Of a stretch of DNA of 64,000 nt, positions 57,246 to 64,000 are shown one piece after another (position 1 is the first letter of the stretch; each line of letters opens with the position of its first letter). Both the position numbers and the translations under genes were made by a program. This DNA comes from an uncultured Nitrososphaerota archaeon (GTDB lineage Archaea; Korarchaeota; Korarchaeia; Korarchaeales; Korarchaeaceae): contig CAZQNA010000005.1 in assembly GCA_964594835.1 (NCBI GenBank), positions 21,319 to 85,318 on the forward strand, read 5' to 3'. A model generated the notes under the pieces. The model made no database searches. It was given only the letters and a program-made list of their open reading frames with translations, and had not been told where the DNA came from.

Positions 57246-58768
57246 GGGGGACGTTCGAGAAGGTAGTGGAGCTTGCGAACCGGAGGGGGTTCTTCTGGCC
57301 CTCGGCGAGGGACCTCTACCCGCAGGCCCCCGCCGGCTTCTGGGTCTACGGGCCCCTTGGCCACAGGCTGAAGGAGAAGATAGCGGATCTCTGGAGGAGG
57401 CACATCGTCATCCCTGAGGGCGCCTACGAGCTCGAGACCCCGCTCATGCTCCCCCTCCAGGTCTTCGAGGCCTCCGGCCACCTCAGGCACTTCTTCGACA
57501 GGCTCGTGGAGTGCAAGAGGTGCCACACCAGGTTCAGGATCGACAAGCTGCTAGAGGAGAGGTTGGGCGTTGAGGAGAACCTGGAGGGCTACCCGGACGA
57601 GGAGCTCCACCGGATGCTCCTCGAGGGGGGCGTGAGGTGCCCCAGGTGCGGGGCCTTCGACTGGACCGAGGTGAAGAGGTTCAACCTCATGTTCACGATA
57701 GCCGTCGGCGCGGAGGCGGAGGAGCCAAACGCGGCCCTCAGGCCCGAGACAACGCAGGGCAGCGTGGTGGAGTTCAGGAGGACCTTCCTCACAATGAGGG
57801 GGCGGCTCCCCTTCATAATGGCCCAGAGGGGCAGGGTGTTCAGGAACGAGATAGCCCCTAGGCGGGCTCTGGTGAGGATGAGGGAGTTCCAGCAGCTCGA
57901 GATCCACGTCTTCTTCGACCCTGAGGACACCTCCTACTACGACGAGAAGCTCAGGCCCCTCCTGGACTACAGGCTCCGCTTCCTCCGCCAGGAGGACAGG
58001 GAGACCGGGGAGATAAGGGAGATGACCGCCAGGGAGGCCCTGGAGAGCGGTTACACCATAAACTCGCTCATCACCTACTGGCTCGTGATCTACCAGAGGT
58101 TCTTCAACGAGGTCATAGGCCTCCCGCTGGAGAGTCTCAGGTACAGGGAGCTGGGCCCGGACGAGAGGGCCCACTACGCCTCGGCCCACTGGGACCTAGA
58201 GGCGTACACCGAGGATCTGGGGTGGGTGGAGCTGGTGAACAACGCCTACAGGACGGACTACGACCTCAAGGGACACTCCGAGGCGTCGGGAGTCGACCTC
58301 ACCGTGCAGACGCCCAAGGGGAAGGTGGCCCCCCACCTCTACGAGCCCTCCATAGGCCTCGACCGGACCATCCTCCACGTGCTCATGGCGTCGTACGTGG
58401 AGGACGAGAAGAGGAGGTGGCTGAGGATACCGAGGAGGCTGGCCCCAATAGACGTGGCGGTCTTCCCGCTCGTGGCAAAGGACGGCCTCCCCGAGGTCGC
58501 CAGGAGGATCGCCCTAGACCTCTCGGGCGAGTTCTACGTCTACTACGACGAGAAGGACTCAATAGGCAGGAGGTACAGGAGGATGGACGAGGTCGGGACG
58601 CCCATCTGCGTGACCGTTGACTACCAGACGCTGGAGGACGGGACCGTCACCCTCAGGGACAGGGACACCATGGCCCAGGTGAGGCGCGACTCCTCCGGCC
58701 TGGCGGAGGCCGTGAGGAGGTTTCTGTCGGGCGCACCCCTGAGCGAGCTGGGCTCCCCGCTGGGCTGA
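57227..58768 (+). CDS. glyS: Glycine--tRNA ligase (archaeal/eukaryotic type)
   Basis: 'RRGFFWPS', 'YGPLG', 'FNLMF', 'LRPETTQG', 'FRNEIAPR...R.REF.Q.E', 'SIGRRYRRMDEVGTP'. Confidence 0.96.
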   Translation: MAGPAVRGTFEKVVELANRRGFFWPSARDLYPQAPAGFWVYGPLGHRLKEKIADLWRRHIVIPEGAYELETPLMLPLQVFEASGHLRHFFDRLVECKRCHTRFRIDKLLEERLGVEENLEGYPDEELHRMLLEGGVRCPRCGAFDWTEVKRFNLMFTIAVGAEAEEPNAALRPETTQGSVVEFRRTFLTMRGRLPFIMAQRGRVFRNEIAPRRALVRMREFQQLEIHVFFDPEDTSYYDEKLRPLLDYRLRFLRQEDRETGEIREMTAREALESGYTINSLITYWLVIYQRFFNEVIGLPLESLRYRELGPDERAHYASAHWDLEAYTEDLGWVELVNNAYRTDYDLKGHSEASGVDLTVQTPKGKVAPHLYEPSIGLDRTILHVLMASYVEDEKRRWLRIPRRLAPIDVAVFPLVAKDGLPEVARRIALDLSGEFYVYYDEKDSIGRRYRRMDEVGTPICVTVDYQTLEDGTVTLRDRDTMAQVRRDSSGLAEAVRRFLSGAPLSELGSPLG

Positions 58769-58770
58769 CG

Positions 58771-60213
58771 TTGGTATTACGTCCGGAGGGTCCAGCTCTT
58801 AACGTGCGGCGGCCGGCCAACCCCGTGCCCTCCCGGCCAGAGTCCGCCGCCAGGCTCTTAATCGTCGCGGTCAACTCAAGGAGGGGAACTCGCCCCCCGT
58901 CGGCGGAGTACGTCAGGTCAAGCCTGGCGAGGGCGGCTCAGGCTGGAGGCCTGAGGTCCCTGATCGCCAGGCTCCCGCTGCTCTGGAGGGCCGCCCTCCT
59001 GTGGACCAGGGGGCCCCCGAGCCTGCCGGGCGACTACGACTGGTGGTTCAGGTTCGGGTATCACCTGGCCCGTCTCGACCCGGCGGCGGCCGCGGGCGTC
59101 CTCAGGGCGGTAGGCCGCGACTCCCCCGTCGAGGCGCTGACGATGGGAGTTCTGGCGGCCCTCAGCTCCAGGCGGGTGAGGAGAACCGGGCGAACGCCGC
59201 GCGGGAGGGCGGCGGATCCGGTGGAGCGGGCGGTCAGGCTCGCCACGGCCTCTCTCTCCGAGGTCCACCCCGCCATCCTTCGAGAGCTGAGGTCCGCCCT
59301 CAGGAGGGAGTATGGAGGAGCCGACAGGCCTGTGAACGAGTCGGAGGCGCTCAACAGGGTTGGATGGCCCGTTGGGATAGTTCTATCGGTCCTGGAGTCT
59401 GCGTGCGACTCCGCCGAGTCGGGAGAGGCACCCCCCCGCTACCTGAGGGACGTCGCCCTGTCCGTCCTCCGGAACTGGCCCTCGTTCGCGTGGACCCTGA
59501 CGAGCAGGCTGACGGCGGGGGGACTGGGCGTCAGTTGTCGTCTCGCCACCCTGGACGCCATGATCGCCGCCGGCCTGTGGGCTGAGGCAGCGGGGGTGAT
59601 AAGGGTCGACGATGAGCTGAGGTCGGAGCGGGTGGCCAGGGAGGCGGTTCGCCTCGGGCTCCCCCTGGCCGCGGCTGGGGTCCTGTCCACCCTGGCCCTG
59701 AGTTCTAAGAACCCCATGAAGAAGTGGCGCCTGCTGATGTCGGCGGGCCGTCTGGCGGCCGAGGGTGGAAGGAGGGCGCTTGCCGGCCTCCTGTTCAGGG
59801 AGGCTGCATGGACCCTCCGCCCCCACGCGGACTCCGGCGCCCCCGTGCTCGCCCAGTATCACGAGGCCCTTGAGAGGGCCGCCCTGGCGCTGGCGGACGC
59901 GGGTCTCAAGATACAGGCCTTCAGACTCTGGTCGGAGCTGAAGCTCTCGGCTGAGGGGGTCAGGGAGTCGGGGATAACCCTCTCGGGCGACGCGGAGAGG
60001 GAGGCCCGGGCGACGCTGTGGATGGCAGAGCTGGTCTCGGAGGTCTCCCACAGGGAGGCTGCGCTCTGGTATCTGAAGGCTTCCTCTCTCTTCAATCGAC
60101 TGGATCTGAAGTCGCTGGCCGAGTACTCCAGGAAGAGGGCCGCCCTGGAGCTGGCGTTTGACGGTGAGATCGCGTCGGCGTCCAACCTGGCCGGGGCCGG
60201 GCCGGGCAGCTGA
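58771..60213 (+). CDS. Hypothetical Ala/Leu/Arg-rich alpha-helical protein (start uncertain)
   Basis: Long ORF filling the gap between glyS and the aminotransferase; helical-repeat-like composition. Confidence 0.55.
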   Translation: MVLRPEGPALNVRRPANPVPSRPESAARLLIVAVNSRRGTRPPSAEYVRSSLARAAQAGGLRSLIARLPLLWRAALLWTRGPPSLPGDYDWWFRFGYHLARLDPAAAAGVLRAVGRDSPVEALTMGVLAALSSRRVRRTGRTPRGRAADPVERAVRLATASLSEVHPAILRELRSALRREYGGADRPVNESEALNRVGWPVGIVLSVLESACDSAESGEAPPRYLRDVALSVLRNWPSFAWTLTSRLTAGGLGVSCRLATLDAMIAAGLWAEAAGVIRVDDELRSERVAREAVRLGLPLAAAGVLSTLALSSKNPMKKWRLLMSAGRLAAEGGRRALAGLLFREAAWTLRPHADSGAPVLAQYHEALERAALALADAGLKIQAFRLWSELKLSAEGVRESGITLSGDAEREARATLWMAELVSEVSHREAALWYLKASSLFNRLDLKSLAEYSRKRAALELAFDGEIASASNLAGAGPGS

Positions 60214-60297
60214 TCGGCCGTGGACGAGGGAAAAAGGTTTTTCCAATACCTGACAGCTGTCCAGGGGAGACCGTTGTCAGGGTCAGGGGCCCACGTG

Positions 60298-61383
60298 ATG
60301 TCGATTCGGGACGTCTTCGCCCGCTGCGACGAGCTGAGGTCCCAGGGTAAGGTCGTCGTTGACGCCCACATCGGCGCCCCCTCACACGACCCTCCCCTCC
60401 CGGTGGAGGACATACTGAGCAGGGCGAGGGGGATCGGCAGGTCCTACACACCGTTCGTGGGGACCAGGGAGACCAGGAGGGCGGCCGCGGAGTTCGCCGC
60501 CTGGACGCTCGGGGTCCCCGAGGATCCCGGCCGAGTGATAATCACGGCCAGCGGCGCCCACGCGTGCTTCGTCTCACTCGCCCTCTTCAGGGGGGAGAAG
60601 GTCCTCCTGCCGAAGCCAGGCTTTCCACTCTACTACCCGCAGGCGGAGCTGGCCGGAGTTAGGTACGACACGTACGATCCCCTGGCGGAGGACATAACCG
60701 CTGAGATCCTGTCCAGACTGACGGCGGACGTGAGGGCGGTTCTGCTCAACTTCCCGAACAATCCGACCGGCCACTCGCCTCCGGCCAGGCAGATCGAGGA
60801 GCTGTGGGAGGAGCTGAGCCGGAGAGGGGTAGCCCTGATAAACGACGCCGTCTACCACGAGATATACTTCGAGGAGAAGCCCCCCTTCCCCGGAGACCTC
60901 ATCCTCGACACAGCCTCGAAGAGCCTCTCCCTGCCGGGGATAAGGATGGGGTTCATCTTCTCCTCGGACAGGGGTGTGGCAGAGAGGCTCGGGAAGATAG
61001 TCTACCACACGACCGCGGGGTCCAGCGACGCCTCCCAGCTGATATTCTCCGAGGAGCTGAGGGCGGCCGACGAGGTCTACTTCCAGGGGGTCCGCAGGTT
61101 CTACAGGGTGAGGAGGGACGCGCTGGTCCAGGCCCTGCGGAGGCTGGGCTTCGACTTCGTCGAGCCCAAGGGAGCATTCTACGTCTTCGCAAGGCACCCG
61201 AGGTTTCCCGACTCTTCCGAGCTGGTTTCGAGGCTCCTGGATCCGTCGAGGGACGTCGTGGTCGGGCTCGTCCCCGGGGCAGCGTTCGGGTCGACCCCCG
61301 AGTGGATGAGGATAAGCTACGGCAAGCTCACCCCGAGGGACGTCCAGCTGATGGAGGAGGAGCTGGCGCGGGAGCTGGGGTGA
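60298..61383 (+). CDS. PLP-dependent aminotransferase class I/II
   Basis: 'NFPNNPTG', 'DAVY', 'SKSLSLPGIRMG', 'PKGAFY', 'VPGAAFG', 'RISY'. Confidence 0.92.
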   Translation: MSIRDVFARCDELRSQGKVVVDAHIGAPSHDPPLPVEDILSRARGIGRSYTPFVGTRETRRAAAEFAAWTLGVPEDPGRVIITASGAHACFVSLALFRGEKVLLPKPGFPLYYPQAELAGVRYDTYDPLAEDITAEILSRLTADVRAVLLNFPNNPTGHSPPARQIEELWEELSRRGVALINDAVYHEIYFEEKPPFPGDLILDTASKSLSLPGIRMGFIFSSDRGVAERLGKIVYHTTAGSSDASQLIFSEELRAADEVYFQGVRRFYRVRRDALVQALRRLGFDFVEPKGAFYVFARHPRFPDSSELVSRLLDPSRDVVVGLVPGAAFGSTPEWMRISYGKLTPRDVQLMEEELARELG

Positions 61384-62003
61384 GCTCCGTGGCCCGGGAG
61401 GGGAGGGATGGGCAGACCGAGGGGTGCAGGGACGTCTTCGACGTGATGGGTCGGAGGAGGTCCGTCAGGTCCTACCTCCCAGATCCGGTAAACGACGGCG
61501 ACCTCTCTAGGATCATGGAGGCGGCTTGCTGCGCGCCCTCCGCCGGAAACCTCCAGGCCTACAGGATCGTGGTTGTGAGGGACCCAGAACTCAGGAAGAG
61601 GCTGGCAGAGGCCTGTTGGGGACAGAGGTTCGTCGAGGAGGCTCCCGTCTCCCTGGTGTTCCTTGCGGATCCGTCCGCGTCGGCGAGGAGATACGGGAGC
61701 AGGGGGGCGTCCCTCTACGCCGTCCAGGACGCCACGATAGCCTGCGCCTTTGCCATGCTGGCGGCCCACGCCCTCGGGTACGGGACGTGCTGGGTCGGGG
61801 CGTTCGACGACGACGCCGTGCTCTCGGTGGTCTCGGCCCATCGGAGGCTCCGTCCAGTTGCCGTCCTGACAGTGGGGAGACCCAGGGGGTCTCCCAGGAC
61901 GACGGGGAGGCGATCGGTTGAGGAGGTGGTCTCCCAGGACTCCCTCGACCGCCCATTTCCCTATGTCCCCGTGGACGAGAGGCTGAGGAGACCCGGAATG
62001 TGA
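61380..62003 (+). CDS. Nitroreductase family protein
   Basis: 'RRSVRSY', 'APSAGNLQ', 'LAAHALGYGTCWVGAF'; GTGA overlap at 61380. Confidence 0.92.
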   Translation: MSSVAREGRDGQTEGCRDVFDVMGRRRSVRSYLPDPVNDGDLSRIMEAACCAPSAGNLQAYRIVVVRDPELRKRLAEACWGQRFVEEAPVSLVFLADPSASARRYGSRGASLYAVQDATIACAFAMLAAHALGYGTCWVGAFDDDAVLSVVSAHRRLRPVAVLTVGRPRGSPRTTGRRSVEEVVSQDSLDRPFPYVPVDERLRRPGM

Positions 62004-62050
62004 GGCGATCTGTAGGCTTTATATCCCAGGACCCGGGACGGGTTCCCGCA

Positions 62051-62422
62051 ATGCTCGCCTTCGGTGTTGGAGGTCTGACCCTCGCCCCGATCGTTGCCAT
62101 AGCCACGTTCGTCGCCAACGTGATAGCGCTCTGGCTCTCTCAGAGGTTCGTGCTGCCCTCGGAGAAGGAGAAGGGGCTGCTCTCGGTGGTCCTGCTGTCA
62201 ATAATTGGCGCGGTGCTCAGCTACATCCTGATCAGATTCATACCCTTCATCGGCCTGCTGGTGGCGATAGTGGTCTGGATCTGGCTGATCAAGGTCTGGT
62301 TCGACATCGGGTGGGGTCACGCCATAGTGATCGCCATAGTGGCCTTCGTGCTTGGAATCATTCTGAGCGCCCTGGTCGGGCTGTTCCTGGGGATACCACT
62401 GGCCCTGTCGACGCTCCTGTGA
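62051..62422 (+). CDS. Hypothetical 4-TM membrane protein
   Basis: Highly hydrophobic; TATA-like TTTATAT at ~62018. Confidence 0.75.
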   Translation: MLAFGVGGLTLAPIVAIATFVANVIALWLSQRFVLPSEKEKGLLSVVLLSIIGAVLSYILIRFIPFIGLLVAIVVWIWLIKVWFDIGWGHAIVIAIVAFVLGIILSALVGLFLGIPLALSTLL

Positions 62423-62560
62423 CCCAACCCACCCTCCAAACCTGTTTTTTGGCATCGCTCCTCCAAGCATCCGTCCTGCGCCCGGCTTCAAGGCCGGTGG
62501 GCGGCCCCTCTCCGCCTGTTTGGAACTCTGACTACAACCGTTTTAATGTGCGCGATCGCT

Positions 62561-62600
62561 GGAATATCAAGGAATATCATTAATATTAAGCAAATTGCTT
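62561..62600 (+). promoter_or_regulatory. Composite operator/promoter upstream of the secreted protein gene
   Basis: GGAATATCA x2, palindrome TTAATATTAA, inverted repeat AAGCAA-A-TTGCTT. Confidence 0.6.
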
Positions 62601-62617
62601 GAATAAGGTGGTGGAGG

Positions 62618-64000
62618 ATGGATCGAAGAAGGGTTCTCGGGATCGCCCTCTTGGGAGCTCTGGTCTTGACTCCGGGATACACGGGGATCTCGGAGGCTTC
62701 TCCCGACGCACCCGTGAGCGTCTACCTGACTGAGTTCGTGAACGCCACGATAGAGACGGACGGCCTCTACTACGACTGCGGCGCTTGGAACATCACGGGC
62801 AACGTCACCATCTACAACTGGGCCAGCGAGAGGATTTTCGACGTCTGGCTCCCAATCTGGCTGAACACGAGCCTGGATTACATCACCCAGCTGTCCGTCG
62901 CCGAGAAGCCCGACTACGCCGTGGCGAAGGTCTCCCCGCCGGGCTCGTCCATTCCGAGCTGGGTGGAGAACTCCTACCCGGCCAGCGGGTACGGCACCCC
63001 GAGCGAGATGTACTGGGTCCACATCACGGAGCTCCAGCCGGGCGACAGGGTGGTTCTGAGGTACGCGATAAACGGCACCTCCATCTCGGCCTGCCCGCCG
63101 ATAAGGGTGACCGAGGAGGTGGAGCCGGAGAAGATCGTGGACGGACAGCAGCAGGACATCGAGGTCAACATCACGGTGATAAACGATCTGCCTTGGGACG
63201 TGAGCGTCAAGCTGAGGAAGATCCTCCCCCCAGATAACGGGGTCGACGGGTGGGAGGACGCCGCGGGGAACCCGGCTTTCACCTCCGCGGGGAACCCGAC
63301 GGCCGGATCCTCAGGCCTGTCCTCAGATGGGAAGCAGCTCAACTGGACCGGCACCGGAGAATGGCCGGACGGCTGGTTCACGGTGGGCGCCGACTCGAAC
63401 GAGAACCTGACGGGAGTCACGATCAGGGGGACCCCAGACCTGTCCGAGGTTGGTGGGAACACGCAGAAGGTCAACATGGGCGTCATATACCTCAGGTTCA
63501 GGCTCGAGGGGAGTCTCAGCGGTAGCTACGTCGGCTACCTACACGCCGCGAGCGACGCCGACCCGGAGGTCAAGAAGGAGCAGGACACCTCCGCGCCCAA
63601 CACCTGGAAGGAGACCCTGGTGGTGTACGACACCAGCGGGACCTTCGACTACGAGGTGGTGTACACCAAGCTGTGGGCCACCTCCACGGCCAGCCCGGAG
63701 GGCCCCGTGATAGGGGGCTCCGAGCACTCAGAGTACCCCTCGCCGCCTCCTGTGATAGGCCCGGGAGAAGGCAGCACCTCATACCAGTACGGCCCCTTCA
63801 GCTTCACCTACGGATCCTCTCCAAAGATCTGGCCCGACTTCAAGGTCAGGATAGAGAGGGACGAGACCCACGGGTGGATGAACTACACCAACACGACCGT
63901 CGGCGTGGGACCCGACGGGAGGTCCAGGTACATTGTCAGGGAGATGATCTGGGTCGTCCGGGGGTACCTGGTGAGGGCGAGGAAGGAGATCAGGCCGGGT
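62618..64000 (+). CDS. Large secreted beta-rich glycoprotein, 3' partial (absent from ORF track)
   Basis: ATG after GGTGGAGG; MDRRRVLGIALLGALVL signal; frame read by hand is open to the window end; many N-x-S/T sequons. Confidence 0.85.
   Translation, partial: MDRRRVLGIALLGALVLTPGYTGISEASPDAPVSVYLTEFVNATIETDGLYYDCGAWNITGNVTIYNWASERIFDVWLPIWLNTSLDYITQLSVAEKPDYAVAKVSPPGSSIPSWVENSYPASGYGTPSEMYWVHITELQPGDRVVLRYAINGTSISACPPIRVTEEVEPEKIVDGQQQDIEVNITVINDLPWDVSVKLRKILPPDNGVDGWEDAAGNPAFTSAGNPTAGSSGLSSDGKQLNWTGTGEWPDGWFTVGADSNENLTGVTIRGTPDLSEVGGNTQKVNMGVIYLRFRLEGSLSGSYVGYLHAASDADPEVKKEQDTSAPNTWKETLVVYDTSGTFDYEVVYTKLWATSTASPEGPVIGGSEHSEYPSPPPVIGPGEGSTSYQYGPFSFTYGSSPKIWPDFKVRIERDETHGWMNYTNTTVGVGPDGRSRYIVREMIWVVRGYLVRARKEIRPG

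Overview
High-GC archaeal chromosomal window with no integrase, transposase or CRISPR array. The combination of archaeal LeuRS, GlyRS, ATP-dependent ligase, SUI1, PAC2, Sec61beta, a single-domain KaiC-family ATPase, SMC-ScpAB and an FtsZ/CetZ-like GTPase is most consistent with a thermophilic TACK-type archaeon, possibly Korarchaeia (inference only). Contents: two Dpp/Opp ABC operons, housekeeping and metabolic genes, tRNA-Lys(TTT), a proteostasis-like operon (HTH, two paralogous small proteins, PAC2, Hsp20, DNA ligase), a convergent RelE/antitoxin pair and the start of a large secreted glycoprotein. The standout is the co-oriented cluster at 25.7-33.0 kb: membrane-tethered wHTH protein, a very short (~786 aa) SMC with a degenerate hinge glycine motif, ScpA, ScpB, a coiled-coil/wHTH/Pro-rich protein and a non-canonical tubulin/FtsZ GTPase. 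This is a candidate condensin-plus-cytoskeleton chromosome segregation module. Several genes appear to start at CTG. All calls come from manual motif reading; no database searches were run.
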